In this document: one piece after another, positions 1 through 10,465 of the stretch
How positions within the stretch are numbered: the stretch's first letter is position 1
How the letters are laid out: each line of letters starts with the position of its first letter
Assembly (NCBI GenBank): GCA_013152075.1
Contig: JAADHD010000198.1
Coordinates: 1-32,216 of the forward strand
Source of the DNA: Verrucomicrobiota bacterium
GTDB taxonomy: Bacteria > Verrucomicrobiota > Verrucomicrobiia > Verrucomicrobiales > DEV007
Direction of reading: 5' to 3'
DNA: 32,216 bases
Notes under the pieces: generated by a model
Seen by the model: the letters and a program-made list of their open reading frames with translations, nothing else
What the model was told of the DNA's origin: nothing
Database searches by the model: none
Position numbers and translations under genes: made by a program

Positions 1-3000
1 ATTGACATCATGCAGCAACTTGGAGAAATCCAGCATGTTTGCCTTGGGATGTCCGGGCACTTCCACCTGTTCAAGAAACTCCGGACGACCGATCACTTCA
101 TCCAGGCTTCGGGCTCCAATCGATGCCAAATGCTCCCGGACTTCCTGGGAAACCGCGTTGAAGAAGTTGATCACATTTTCAACCGTGCCTTTGAACTTGC
201 CACGCAACTTCGAGTCCTGGGTCGCAATGCCCACCGGACAAGTATTGAGATGGCAGCGACGCACATACACACAACCCATAGCCATCAGAGCAATCGTGCC
301 GAAATTGAACTCTTCCGCTCCGAGAATCGCGGCGTGCATGATGTCCATCCCATTGCGTAAACCGCCATCGGTTCGCAAAGTCACCCGATCACGCAATCCA
401 TTCAGCATGAGAACCTGTTGGGTTTCGGCCAAGCCGATTTCCCAGGGCATTCCCGCATACTTGATTGAACTCAATGGCGAGGCTCCAGTGCCTCCGTCAT
501 AACCACTGATGAGAATGATGTCCGCTTTCGCCTTGGCGACACCAGCGGCGATCGTGCCCACACCGGTCACCGAGACCAATTTGACGGTTACTCGTGCGCG
601 GGGATTCACTTCTTTCAAATCGTGTATCAGCTGGGCCAAATCTTCGATGGAATAAATATCGTGATGCGGTGGCGGACTGATCAAGGTCACACCAGGCTGA
701 GTGTGACGCAATCTGGCAATCAGGCCATTCACCTTGAAACCCGGCAACTGCCCTCCCTCACCCGGCTTGGCTCCCTGCGCCATCTTGATTTCCAACTCCT
801 CCGCACTGGCCAGATATTCCGCCGACACGCCAAAACGCCCTGACGCAATCTGCTTGATCTTGCTGTTTTTATTGGTATCAAAACGCTCGAAATCTTCACC
901 GCCCTCACCAGAATCAGACTTGCCTCCAATAGCATTCATCGCCATCGCCAGCACTTCATGCGCTTCGGGGCTGATCGCTCCAAGCGACATCGCAGCTGTC
1001 GTGAAGCGGCGGCGAATGTCTTCGATCGACTCCACTTCGTCGATGGGAATCGGCCCGGATTTTTTTACCACCAGGCCAAACATATCATGCAGAGCCAGAG
1101 GTTTGTTCTCCTTGAGATCTGCCAGGTAGGTTTTGTAATCCTCGTCTTCACCAGATTTGACAAATTGATGAAAGCTCTTGATCACCGGACCGTTGACCGC
1201 ATGAACTTCTCCATTCCGACGGTAACGATAATTGCCGGGATCACCCAGCTTCAAAGGCAACTCACTCTCTTCGCCCGGCACCGCCTGGCCAAACGCATCG
1301 TGATGACGCTGCAAACTTTCCGTAGCGATTTCTTCAAAGCCGATTCCGGCCACCTGTGACGGTGTGCCGGAAAAGCAGCGCTCCATCACTTCGTCTCCCA
1401 AACCAATCGCTTCAAAAATTTGCGCGCCCTGATAACTATTGAGAACCGAAATCCCCATCTTCGACATGATTTTCAGCACGCCTTTTTCAAGGCCGGTACG
1501 GTAATCCACCAGCGCATCGACCAGCGACTTCCCTTCGAACACATTTTTGCGATCATTTTCGATCAGCTCTCTCACCGTTTCATGGGCAAGCCAGGGACAA
1601 ATCGCCGTGGCGCCAAAACCTAGCAAACAAGCCATTTGATGCGTGTCTCGAGCCTCTCCTGTTTCGACCACCAAACTGGCCAGCATGCGTTTGTGCTGGC
1701 GGTTCAGATAGTGATGCACCCCCCCGATCATCAGCAAGGTTGGCAGCGCCACGCGTTCGTGACTTATCGCGCGATCTGATAAGATCAAAATCTTCGCGCC
1801 AGCATCAATGGCGGCCTCGGCCGCCACACACACACGCTCCAGCGCTTCTTTCATGCCGGCAGTTCCCTCAGATGCCGACCAGGTTGTATCGATCGTGCTC
1901 GCCGGAAAATCCACGTGCAGGGTTTTCAACTGCTCCACTTGTTCGGTATAGAGAAAGGGCGTTTCCAGATGAATCACCTGGGCATGCTCCGGAGTTTCGG
2001 TGAGCAAATTATGTTCCGGCCCCAAATCCATCGCCAGTGACATCACTAATCGTTCGCGAATGGGATCAATCGGCGGGTTGGTCACCTGGGCAAAAAGCTG
2101 CTTGAAATAGGTATACAACATCTTCGGCCGCAGCGACAACACGGACAGCGACGCGTCGTCTCCCATCGAATAAGTCCCTTCCATTCCGGTTTTTGCCAAG
2201 GGCGTAACGACCATGTCAAGCTCTTCTTTATTATAAGCAAAAGCCACCTGGTTCTGTGACAGAGTCAGTAAGTCGAGATCGGCATTTGGGATTGATGGCT
2301 GAGTGTCGACCAATTCCTCAAACTCAATGCGGTTGTCCTGCAGCCATTTTCCGTATGGTTGCTTGGCCGCAAGTTGTTCTTTCAGTTCCTTGTCACGGAC
2401 CACCACACCTTTTTCAAGGTCGACATATATCATCTGACCAGGCCCCAGTCGTCCTTTTTCGATCACTCGTGAATCCTCCAAACGTTCAGAGCCCACTTCC
2501 GAACCCAGGCAAAAAATGCCATCTTCGGTGATCTTGTAACGCGCAGGCCGAAGCCCGTTGCGATCCAGGCTGGCGGCAATATTTTTCCCGTCAGTGTAGG
2601 CAAGCGCCGCAGGGCCATCCCAGGGCTCACAGAAACAGCGATGATATTTGTAAAAACTGGATACCTCTTCACTCGCCGAGTGGTCAATTCCCCATGCCGC
2701 CGGAACCAGCATCGCCATGGCGTGCGGGATTGAACGACCGGACAATACCAGTGCTTCAAAGGCATTGTCGAGTGAGGACGAATCCGATCCATCGGGATCA
2801 ATCAGGCCCTTGAGCAATTTGATGTCATCACCCCAGACTTCGCTGTCGAAGTCGGCCACACGCGAACCGAACCAGTTACGATTGCCTTTGAGCGTATTGA
2901 TCTCGCCATTGTGTGCGAGCATTCGAAACGGCTGGGCCAGTGCCCAGGTGGGAAAAGTGTTGGTGCTGAACCTCTGATGATACAAACAAATCGCGGTTTC

Positions 3001-3678
3001 AAATTCCGGGTTTTGCAGATCCAGAAAAAAGGCAGGCAAGGCATTGGCTGCCATGAAACCCTTGTAGGAAATCAAGCGGCTGGACAAAGACGCAATGTAA
3101 ATATTCTCAATGGCCTCACTGGCTGCCTTGATTTCGATTTCTCGACGCGCTAGAAACAAAACCCGTTCAAAATCATCGCCGTCCATTCCTTGCGGCCGCT
3201 TGAGCAAAATGTGGTGAATGTCCGGCAAAGTGCTAAGCGCTTTATCGCCCAGAGCACCCGGATTCAATGGAACTTCCCGCCAGCCGATGACACCAATGCC
3301 ACGCTTGCGTAAAACTCCCTCGACAAGAATTTTCCCCTTGATGCCATCTCCCGTTTCACCGGAATGCAGAAAAATCACTCCCACTCCCAGATCTGAAATA
3401 TCACTGAGACTGGCTCCCAGTTTTTCTGCTTCAGCCAGAAAGATAGCGGCCGGAATCTGGGTGGTCACGCCAGCTCCGTCACCAGTCTTGTTGTCCGCGT
3501 CGAGCGCACCGCGATGGGTCACATTACTGACTGCCGTCACACCCAATTGCAAAATTTCATTGCTGGGATGGCCCTGAATCTGAGCCACGATTCCCACTCC
3601 ACAAGAGTCCCGTTCCAATTCGGGCCGATGCAAGCTCCCCTGAGAATTCACTTTCGTCTGATAATATTTGTTCATCAT
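1..3678 (-). CDS. gltB: Glutamate synthase large subunit, second diverged paralog (N-terminus complete, C-terminal end runs off the window start)
   Basis: This gene is absent from the supplied ORF track because it has no stop codon inside the window. I translated the reverse strand by hand from the ATG at 3678 (GGAGA lies 7 nt upstream). The reading gives [172 protein letters not shown], open through base 1 (frame 3678 mod 3 = 0). It is collinear with the 1554-aa GltB at 5543-10207. The plus-strand ORFs listed here (e.g. 622..843) resemble those antisense to gltB1 (7085..7537), as expected for shadow frames of homologous genes. An in-frame alternative ATG exists at 3825, with no stop between it and 3678. 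Confidence 0.9.
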   Translation of the reverse strand, partial: MMNKYYQTKVNSQGSLHRPELERDSCGVGIVAQIQGHPSNEILQLGVTAVSNVTHRGALDADNKTGDGAGVTTQIPAAIFLAEAEKLGASLSDISDLGVGVIFLHSGETGDGIKGKILVEGVLRKRGIGVIGWREVPLNPGALGDKALSTLPDIHHILLKRPQGMDGDDFERVLFLARREIEIKAASEAIENIYIASLSSRLISYKGFMAANALPAFFLDLQNPEFETAICLYHQRFSTNTFPTWALAQPFRMLAHNGEINTLKGNRNWFGSRVADFDSEVWGDDIKLLKGLIDPDGSDSSSLDNAFEALVLSGRSIPHAMAMLVPAAWGIDHSASEEVSSFYKYHRCFCEPWDGPAALAYTDGKNIAASLDRNGLRPARYKITEDGIFCLGSEVGSERLEDSRVIEKGRLGPGQMIYVDLEKGVVVRDKELKEQLAAKQPYGKWLQDNRIEFEELVDTQPSIPNADLDLLTLSQNQVAFAYNKEELDMVVTPLAKTGMEGTYSMGDDASLSVLSLRPKMLYTYFKQLFAQVTNPPIDPIRERLVMSLAMDLGPEHNLLTETPEHAQVIHLETPFLYTEQVEQLKTLHVDFPASTIDTTWSASEGTAGMKEALERVCVAAEAAIDAGAKILILSDRAISHERVALPTLLMIGGVHHYLNRQHKRMLASLVVETGEARDTHQMACLLGFGATAICPWLAHETVRELIENDRKNVFEGKSLVDALVDYRTGLEKGVLKIMSKMGISVLNSYQGAQIFEAIGLGDEVMERCFSGTPSQVAGIGFEEIATESLQRHHDAFGQAVPGEESELPLKLGDPGNYRYRRNGEVHAVNGPVIKSFHQFVKSGEDEDYKTYLADLKENKPLALHDMFGLVVKKSGPIPIDEVESIEDIRRRFTTAAMSLGAISPEAHEVLAMAMNAIGGKSDSGEGGEDFERFDTNKNSKIKQIASGRFGVSAEYLASAEELEIKMAQGAKPGEGGQLPGFKVNGLIARLRHTQPGVTLISPPPHHDIYSIEDLAQLIHDLKEVNPRARVTVKLVSVTGVGTIAAGVAKAKADIILISGYDGGTGASPLSSIKYAGMPWEIGLAETQQVLMLNGLRDRVTLRTDGGLRNGMDIMHAAILGAEEFNFGTIALMAMGCVYVRRCHLNTCPVGIATQDSKLRGKFKGTVENVINFFNAVSQEVREHLASIGARSLDEVIGRPEFLEQVEVPGHPKANMLDFSKLLHDVN

Positions 3679-3808
3679 ATTAAAATCTCCATTGTCGCGA
3701 TTGATAGCGCCCAAATTTTTCTCTATCCAAAGTCCGCCGAAAAACCATTCGTCTGACGGATCAACGTGTTGGAATACCTCTTTCCCGTGCGGGAATCCCA
3801 AAGTCCTT

Positions 3809-3908
3809 CCAAATTCGCGTCTCATTCTCTCAAAGCCGGCAGGAAATCCGGTCGGGAAGGAGTGCAAGTCTGGGTTCAGACCTTAGCGAATCGTGAACAA
3901 AGGTCAAG
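3809..3908 (-). promoter_or_regulatory. Candidate sigma70-type promoter plus conserved 5' leader of gltB paralog 2 (copy A of a duplicated module)
   Basis: On the minus strand, TTGACC (3907-3902), a 16-nt spacer and TAAGGT (3885-3880) are followed by a conserved leader: CCTTCCCGACCGGATTTCCTGCCGGCTTTGAGAGAA......CGAATTTGG. By hand alignment about 76 of 99 columns match 10303-10401, the region upstream of gltB1. Confidence 0.5.
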
Positions 3909-3988
3909 GCTCGGGCACTACGGGCGTAATTGATATTGAAGCACGATTAGGAGAAAAGCCTTTCAGAACGCCTGTTGCCACGAAGTCG

Positions 3989-4007
3989 GCGGCGGGGAAA
4001 CCGCCGC
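3989..4007 (-). terminator. GC-rich hairpin just downstream of the gltD stop (weak terminator or insulator candidate)
   Basis: A 7-bp stem GCGGCGG/CCGCCGC with a 5-nt loop lies about 20 nt after the gltD stop. The minus-strand tail (CGACTTCG) is not U-rich, so intrinsic termination is uncertain. Confidence 0.3.
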
Positions 4008-4027
4008 TCCTTGTTTTGAACAAACGG

Positions 4028-5512
4028 CTAGCCCGGCAAATTCGTTGATCCCATCAGAAAAACATCCAGCTCGCGGGCGCAGCCGCGGCCTTCATTGATC
4101 GCCCAAACTACCAGACTCTGACCGCGACGCATGTCGCCAGCGGCAAAGACACCTTCCAGACTGGTCGCAAATTTGCCGTATTCTGCTTTCACATTGGAAC
4201 GTGCGTCGGTTTCAAGCTTCAGTTTTTCAACAATCGCTTGATCCGGTCCAAGAAATCCCATCGCCAGGAATGACAACTGACAGGGAATCGTGCGCAAGCT
4301 GCCTTCCACATCTTTCGGAAACATGCGACCCTGCTCATCCTTTGCCCATTCGATATCGACGATCTCGAGACCGGTCAAATTCCCCTCACCATCATCGATG
4401 AAACGCTTGGTCATCACCAGATATTCGCGCGGATCTTTTCCGTTCAGGGCAATATTTTCTTCCTGACCATAATCGAGGCGATAAACCTTAGGCCACTCCG
4501 GCCATGGATTATCCGGTGTGCGCTCATCCGCAGGACGCGGCATGATTTCCAATTGAGTCAGAGACTTGCAGCCCTGACGTAACGAAGATCCCACACAATC
4601 AGTTCCTGTATCCCCTCCGCCGATCACGACAACGTCTTTGTCTTTTGCGTTGATCGGAAAATCTCCGGGATTATCCGAGAGCAAGGTCTGGGTGTTTTTT
4701 GCGAGGTAATCCATCGCAAAATGAACTCCTTCGAAATCACGCCCATCGATCGGCAAATCCCGCGGCTTGGTGGCACCACAGCATAGAGCAATGGCATCAA
4801 AGTCCTCGCGCAATTTTTCAACCGGCTGATCAACGCCGATGTTTGCATTGGTAATAAACTCCACCCCCTCGTCGCGCATCAATTGCACACGACGATTCAC
4901 GGTTTCTTTTTCCAGTTTCATGTTGGGAATGCCATACATCAGCAATCCACCAATCCGATCCGCACGCTCAAAAACCGTCACGGTATGCCCCGCCTGATTC
5001 AGTTCGTCAGCACAGGCAAGTCCGGCCGGACCTGACCCAATAACGGCCACCTTTTTCCCAGTGCGCACTGCAGGAATTTGTGGCTCTAGCCAGCCCTCGT
5101 CCCATCCTTTATCGATGATCGAACATTCGATATTTTTAATCGTAACCGGTGGATCAATAATGCCAAGCACACAAGCTCCTTCACAAGGCGCAGGGCAGAC
5201 CCGTCCAGTGAACTCGGGAAAGTTATTGGTCTTTCTCAAACGATCAAGCGCCTCTCTCCACCGCCCGCGATAAACAAGATCGTTGAACTCGGGAATCAAA
5301 TTGTTGACCGGACAGCCGCTGGCCATCCCGCTCAATTCCATGCCCGTGTGGCAATAAGGGATACCGCAATCCATGCAGCGTGCGCCCTGCTCTTGCAAGG
5401 CCCCGTCGTCATGCCCGCAATGCACCTCCTTCCAATCCTTAACGCGTTCCTTCGGATCGCGGTAGGGAATGGTCTTGCGTTCGTAGTCTAAAAATCCAGT
5501 TGGTTTACCCAT
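4028..5512 (-). CDS. gltD: Glutamate synthase small subunit (NADPH-dependent, GltD)
   Basis: The 494-aa ORF starts [13 protein letters not shown]. It has the N-terminal Cys clusters ([23 protein letters not shown]) and the dinucleotide-binding motifs GSGPAGL and [11 protein letters not shown]. It begins 30 nt downstream of gltB. Confidence 0.95.
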   Translation of the reverse strand: MGKPTGFLDYERKTIPYRDPKERVKDWKEVHCGHDDGALQEQGARCMDCGIPYCHTGMELSGMASGCPVNNLIPEFNDLVYRGRWREALDRLRKTNNFPEFTGRVCPAPCEGACVLGIIDPPVTIKNIECSIIDKGWDEGWLEPQIPAVRTGKKVAVIGSGPAGLACADELNQAGHTVTVFERADRIGGLLMYGIPNMKLEKETVNRRVQLMRDEGVEFITNANIGVDQPVEKLREDFDAIALCCGATKPRDLPIDGRDFEGVHFAMDYLAKNTQTLLSDNPGDFPINAKDKDVVVIGGGDTGTDCVGSSLRQGCKSLTQLEIMPRPADERTPDNPWPEWPKVYRLDYGQEENIALNGKDPREYLVMTKRFIDDGEGNLTGLEIVDIEWAKDEQGRMFPKDVEGSLRTIPCQLSFLAMGFLGPDQAIVEKLKLETDARSNVKAEYGKFATSLEGVFAAGDMRRGQSLVVWAINEGRGCARELDVFLMGSTNLPG

Positions 5513-5542
5513 AATATTTAAGAAGTAGTCGGAATTTAAAGA

Positions 5543-8500
5543 TCAATTTCCCGCTTTTACGTTTTCTTCAAAAGCCGCCTGAATGGCTTCGTCACCCTCA
5601 AGGCCACTTTCCTCGGCACGCTTCACGGCATTGAGCACCCGCTCATAATCGCTCGGCAAGACCTTGATAAATTTCGGGAGAATGTCTTCCCAATTGTCGA
5701 GAATGTGTTGGCCGCGAACGCTGCCTGTCAGCTCTACATGTTTTTCGAGCCTTGCGCGAATCGCAGCGATTTCCGGATCATCACATTCAATCAGCTGATA
5801 CACCTTCACCATGGCCGCGTTCAGTCGCTTGGTAACAAAGTCGCCTTCTTCATCCAGAATATAAGCAATGCCGCCAGACATACCGGCGCCAAAGTTACGC
5901 CCGGTGCCGCCGATGCAAATGACTTCGCCACCAGTCATGTATTCACAACCATGATCGCCCAAGCCTTCGACCACCGCTTTAACACCACTGTTACGCACAC
6001 AGAAACGTTCGCCTGCAACACCGGCAATAAAGGCTTCACCTGCAGTCGCTCCGTAAAAAGCCACATTGCCGGTGATAATGTTCTCACAGGAAGTGAAAGT
6101 CGAATCTTTAGGCGGATAGACAATGATACGACCACCGGACAATCCCTTGCCGCAATAGTCATTGGTATCACCCTCGACTTTGATCGTGATCCCTTTTGGA
6201 ACGTAAGCTCCGAGGCTTTGTCCGACAAAGTTCAGCTTGATGGTATCTTCAGGCAGCGCTTCCGCTCCATAACGACGTGAAACTTCGGCTCCCAGAATCG
6301 TGCCAACCACACGATTGGTATTGATGATGGGCAAGTCCAGCTCAACCGGCTTCGCATTATCCAGCGCATCCTTACAGGCTTCCAGCAAATGGGTATTATC
6401 AAGAGCGCGATCCAGTAAATGATCCTGTTTCATCTGGCGATAAGTGCCCACTTCAGGCCCCACTTTGGGACGATAAAGGATCTTGGAGTAATCAAGCCCG
6501 CGGGCTTTCCAATGATCAATCGCATGTTTCATTTCCAGACGATCCGAGTGCCCGATCATTTCATTAATCGTGCGGTAACCGAGCTTGGCCATAAATTCAC
6601 GCATCTCTTCCGCAATGAACATCATGAAGTTCACCACCGAATCAGCTCCTCCTCGGAATTTTTCCCGCAAACGCGGATCCTGTGTCGCAATGCCAACCGG
6701 GCAAGTGTTTTTGTGACACACTCGCATCATCAGACATCCCAGAGAGATCAAGGGTGCGCTGGCAAAACCAAATTCTTCCGCGCCCAGCAAACAGGCGATC
6801 ACGACATCACGCCCTGTTCGCAGACCCCCATCACTTTCGACAATCACACGACTGCGCAAATCATTGAGTAACAAAGTCTGATTGGTTTCCGCAAGCCCCA
6901 GCTCCCACGGCATTCCAGCATGTTGAATACTAGATCGCGGCGAAGCCCCTGTGCCTCCATCATAACCTGATACAAGAATCTTGTCCGCTTTGCCCTTCGC
7001 CACACCTGAAGCAATGGTTCCCACACCAATTTCCGAAACCAACTTCACATTAATGTCAGCATTAACGTTAGCGTTTTTTAGATCATGGATCAGCTCCGCC
7101 AGGTCTTCAATCGAATAAATGTCGTGATGTGGCGGCGGCGAAATAAGCCCCACTCCCGGTGTGGTTCCTCTCGTTTTTGCAATCTTCGGCAGGACTTTAA
7201 ATCCTGGCAGCTCCCCCCCTTCACCGGGCTTGGCGCCCTGCACAATTTTGATTTGAATCTCATCCGCGTTGACCAGGTAATGGCTGGTCACACCAAAACG
7301 ACCGGAGGCAACCTGCTTGATCGCACTGCGGCGCAGGTCGCCGTTTTCATCGCGGGTAAAACGATCAACATCTTCTCCGCCTTCTCCCGTATTGGATCTT
7401 CCTCCAAGCCGGTTCATAGCAATCGCAATCGCTTCATGCGCCTCCTTGCTGATCGATCCATAGGACATCGCGCCGGTTTTGAAACGTTTCACGATTTCGC
7501 TAGCAGGCTCGACTTCATCAAGCGGCACCGCTTTTGATTCATCAAATTTGAAGTCCATCATGCCGCGCAAAGTGTCCGCAATACGGGTCTGCGCGTTGAC
7601 CAACTCGGAATACTTTTGAAAAACTTCGAAATCACCGAGACGAGTCGCCTGCTGCAGCAGATGAACCGTAGCCGGATTATAAATATGCCTTTCACCGTCC
7701 TTACGCCATTGGTAAATTCCACCTGGATCCAATGGGTCATCCGGATCGGTACGCTCATCGAAGCCTGCGCGATGACGCATACGGGCTTCTAACGCGATGA
7801 CATCCATACCAATGCCCTCAATACGTGACGCCGTTTTGGTAAAATATTTCTCGATAACACTATGATCAACGCCAAGTGCTTCGAAAATCTGTGCACCGCG
7901 ATAACTGGCCACCGTTGAGATGCCCATTTTTGACATCGTCTTAATCACTCCCTTGATATTGGCCTTGAGAAAATTCTTCTTCGCCTGCTCAACATTCACC
8001 TCGATCTCGCCTTCACGAACCATGTCTTCGACTGTTTCAAGGGCAAGATAGGGATTAATAGCATCGCAACCAAAACCGAGCAGTAGCGCATAGTGATGCA
8101 CCTCGCGTGGCTCACCAGATTCTAAAATGAGTGATACCTTGGTGCGGGTGCCCTGACGGATCAGGTGATGATGCAGCCCGGACACTGCTAGTAAAGCAGG
8201 AATGGGAACATATTTTTCGTCCATCGAACGGTCAGAAAGAATGATGAGATTCACACCATCGTTGATCGCCACATCGGCACTTTCAAAAAAGTGCTCCATG
8301 GCCGCTTCCAGCCCACGGCCGGTCGTGCCGGGTTCGGCAATGCCGCCGTGCCCAGGGTCGAGATACTCAGCAGCCCGCTCAAAAACGATAGGTAAAGCCG
8401 CTGCTTTAAAACCCTTCTCCTTCATTTCACTCAACTGCTGCAAGCGATAATTATCGATCAGGGGACTCTCCATTCTGATCATCCTGCAACTGTTCGGACC

Positions 8501-10195
8501 GGGATTTACGATGTCTCCTTCCGATCCAAGAAAGGTGGTCGACGCCGTCACCAACTCTTCACGAATGGGATCGATAGGTGGGTTGGTGACCTGGGCAAAA
8601 AGTTGCTTGAAGTAGTTGTAGAGCAATTGCGGTTTGTCCGACAGCACCGCAAGCGGCGCATCGTTACCCATCGAACCAATCGGCTGCACTCCGGTCTGAC
8701 AACTCGGCCCGATCACAAAACGCTTGTCTTCAAATGTATAACCAAAAGCCTGTTGCCGTTTGAGCAAAGTGTCGACATCCAAACCTGGAACCTCTTTTTC
8801 AGGGGCTTTTAAATCGTCTTCGGAAATTAGCTTGCTGCCAAGCCATTCTCCGTAGGGCTGCTTGGACATTATTTTTTCCTTAAGCTCGGTATCTTCGATG
8901 ATCCGGCCTTCATCCGTATCCACCAAAAACATCCGACCGGGCTCGAGTCGACCTTTCTTAACAATATCGGCAGACTTCAGCCACGGCAACACCCCCACTT
9001 CTGACGCCATAATGACCAGGTCATCTTTCGTGACATAATAACGGGACGGACGCAGACCGTTCCGATCAAGCACCGCACCAATCACCTTGCCATCCGAAAA
9101 TGCGATCGATGCCGGGCCATCCCATGGCTCCATCAGGCAAGCATGGAATTCGTAAAAGTCGCGGCGCAACTGGGTCATGTTTTCATGTTTTTCCCACGGC
9201 TCGGGAATCATCATCATCATGGCGTGCGGAAGAGAGCGCCCGGACAAGGTCAGGAATTCCAAACAGTTGTCGAAATTTTGCGAGTCACTGCCGTCTTCAC
9301 GAATAATCGGCAGAAGTTTTTTCAAATCGTCTCCAAAAACTTCGCTGGCGATAACCATCTGGCGAGCATGCATCCAGTTCTCGTTGCCGCGCATGGTATT
9401 AATTTCGCCATTGTGAGCTACATAACGAAAAGGCTGGGCACGTGGCCAGCTGGGAAAAGTATTGGTGCTGAAGCGGGAATGCACCAGCGCCATTGACGTT
9501 TCCATATCCGGGTCGGAGAAGTCTTTAAAATAAGGTCCGAGTTGCCCCGTCGTGAGCATGCCTTTGTAAATAATGGTTCGAGCCGACAGGCTGCTAAAAT
9601 AATAGTCCGATCCCTGCACCCCCTGATAACTGGTTCTGTGGGCGGCCACTCGGCGAATCAAGTAGAGCTTGCGCTCAAAATCGAGAACGGTAGCACAATC
9701 CGAATTGCGCTTGATAAATACCTGACGAATCACCGGCTCGCATGCGGCCGAGGCTTTACCCAGGCTGGAATTATCCACCGGAACATCACGCCAACCGAGC
9801 AGCTCCTGCCCTTCCTCCTCGATGACCTCATTTACAATCGCAATTTCGTTTGCTTGCTCTTTTTCACCACGGGAAAGATAAACGAGACCCACTGCGTAGT
9901 GCTCTTTCTCGGGCAAGGTAAAACCCAAGACCTTGGCTTCCTTTCTGAAAAATTTGTCGGGGATTTGTAGAAACATACCCGCTCCGTCCCCGGTATTAGC
10001 GTCACAGCCACAACCACCGCGGTGATCCAGGTTCACGCAAATCTCCAAAGCCATCTCAATCAACTTGTGCGAAGGCCGGTTTTTCATGTCCACTACAAAA
10101 CCGACGCCGCAAGCATCGTGTTCCTGAGCAGGATCGTATAAACCCTGGGCCTTGGGATTGGAATTAGCTGGTGTCATAGGTGAATTATTGGGCAT
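5543..10195 (-). CDS. gltB: Glutamate synthase large subunit (GltB)
   Basis: The ORF track gives a 1554-aa ORF from a TTG at 10207; the first ATG is at 10195 (MPNNSPMTP..). It has the Ntn amidotransferase Cys (HDACGVGFV), the FMN/Fe-S region ([30 protein letters not shown]) and the C-terminal GXGXG beta-helix domain. Confidence 0.96.
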   Translation of the reverse strand: MPNNSPMTPANSNPKAQGLYDPAQEHDACGVGFVVDMKNRPSHKLIEMALEICVNLDHRGGCGCDANTGDGAGMFLQIPDKFFRKEAKVLGFTLPEKEHYAVGLVYLSRGEKEQANEIAIVNEVIEEEGQELLGWRDVPVDNSSLGKASAACEPVIRQVFIKRNSDCATVLDFERKLYLIRRVAAHRTSYQGVQGSDYYFSSLSARTIIYKGMLTTGQLGPYFKDFSDPDMETSMALVHSRFSTNTFPSWPRAQPFRYVAHNGEINTMRGNENWMHARQMVIASEVFGDDLKKLLPIIREDGSDSQNFDNCLEFLTLSGRSLPHAMMMMIPEPWEKHENMTQLRRDFYEFHACLMEPWDGPASIAFSDGKVIGAVLDRNGLRPSRYYVTKDDLVIMASEVGVLPWLKSADIVKKGRLEPGRMFLVDTDEGRIIEDTELKEKIMSKQPYGEWLGSKLISEDDLKAPEKEVPGLDVDTLLKRQQAFGYTFEDKRFVIGPSCQTGVQPIGSMGNDAPLAVLSDKPQLLYNYFKQLFAQVTNPPIDPIREELVTASTTFLGSEGDIVNPGPNSCRMIRMESPLIDNYRLQQLSEMKEKGFKAAALPIVFERAAEYLDPGHGGIAEPGTTGRGLEAAMEHFFESADVAINDGVNLIILSDRSMDEKYVPIPALLAVSGLHHHLIRQGTRTKVSLILESGEPREVHHYALLLGFGCDAINPYLALETVEDMVREGEIEVNVEQAKKNFLKANIKGVIKTMSKMGISTVASYRGAQIFEALGVDHSVIEKYFTKTASRIEGIGMDVIALEARMRHRAGFDERTDPDDPLDPGGIYQWRKDGERHIYNPATVHLLQQATRLGDFEVFQKYSELVNAQTRIADTLRGMMDFKFDESKAVPLDEVEPASEIVKRFKTGAMSYGSISKEAHEAIAIAMNRLGGRSNTGEGGEDVDRFTRDENGDLRRSAIKQVASGRFGVTSHYLVNADEIQIKIVQGAKPGEGGELPGFKVLPKIAKTRGTTPGVGLISPPPHHDIYSIEDLAELIHDLKNANVNADINVKLVSEIGVGTIASGVAKGKADKILVSGYDGGTGASPRSSIQHAGMPWELGLAETNQTLLLNDLRSRVIVESDGGLRTGRDVVIACLLGAEEFGFASAPLISLGCLMMRVCHKNTCPVGIATQDPRLREKFRGGADSVVNFMMFIAEEMREFMAKLGYRTINEMIGHSDRLEMKHAIDHWKARGLDYSKILYRPKVGPEVGTYRQMKQDHLLDRALDNTHLLEACKDALDNAKPVELDLPIINTNRVVGTILGAEVSRRYGAEALPEDTIKLNFVGQSLGAYVPKGITIKVEGDTNDYCGKGLSGGRIIVYPPKDSTFTSCENIITGNVAFYGATAGEAFIAGVAGERFCVRNSGVKAVVEGLGDHGCEYMTGGEVICIGGTGRNFGAGMSGGIAYILDEEGDFVTKRLNAAMVKVYQLIECDDPEIAAIRARLEKHVELTGSVRGQHILDNWEDILPKFIKVLPSDYERVLNAVKRAEESGLEGDEAIQAAFEENVKAGN

Positions 10196-10302
10196 GGAAT
10201 GTTTCAACGAACGAGTCGCTTAGCCGATTCATAGCAGGCTGGCGATTCTACTTGGCGGGCAAACTTTTCCCTGGTGGAAGATTTTGCCTTTATTAAATTT
10301 TG

Positions 10303-10401
10303 CCAAATTCGGGCCCCGTTCTCTCGAAACCGGCTTGAAATCCGGACGGGAAGGAAGCTAGACTGGGGCGGAAGTTTAGCGAATCGCGACTAAAGGTCAA
10401 G
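10303..10401 (-). promoter_or_regulatory. Candidate sigma70-type promoter plus conserved 5' leader of gltB-gltD (copy B of the duplicated module)
   Basis: On the minus strand, TTGACC (10400-10395), a 16-nt spacer and TAAACT (10378-10373) are followed by CCTTCCCGTCCGGATTTCAAGCCGGTTTCGAGAGAA......CGAATTTGG. This parallels 3809-3908. Confidence 0.5.
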
Positions 10402-10465
10402 CCTAGCGGACAGGCCGACTACTGGCAGGCCTATTAAATCAAGGAAAACCCACCCAAAAAGGTAC

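Noticed and set aside
3679-3825. An in-frame upstream ATG at 3825 would extend gltB paralog 2 by 49 aa.
   Set aside because: The downstream ATG at 3678 has a GGAGA at proper spacing. The extension has no counterpart in gltB1 or typical GltB propeptides, and the ATG lies in a leader block that is not conserved as ATG in copy B. I keep it only as an alternative.
2-3886. A series of 60-166-aa plus-strand ORFs (e.g. 2..502, 622..843, 734..1129, 3218..3577) that look like the only coding potential in the first 3.9 kb.
   Set aside because: They are antisense shadow frames of the unlisted minus-strand gltB paralog. Their peptides are low-complexity (Arg/Ser/Pro-rich) and mirror the shadow ORFs opposite gltB1 (e.g. 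7085..7537), whereas the minus strand gives an uninterrupted GOGAT translation.
3679-3910. Whether the duplicated gltB leader is a glutamine riboswitch (glnA RNA / downstream-peptide type), a sigma54 (-24 GG / -12 GC) promoter, or an NtcA/TnrA/NtrC-type site.
   Set aside because: I could not find the conserved cores I remember for those elements (no TGGCAC-N5-TTGC, no GTA-N8-TAC, no TGTNA-N7-TNACA), and no convincing shared multi-helix fold. I left it as an unclassified conserved module rather than naming a class. An Rfam scan is needed.
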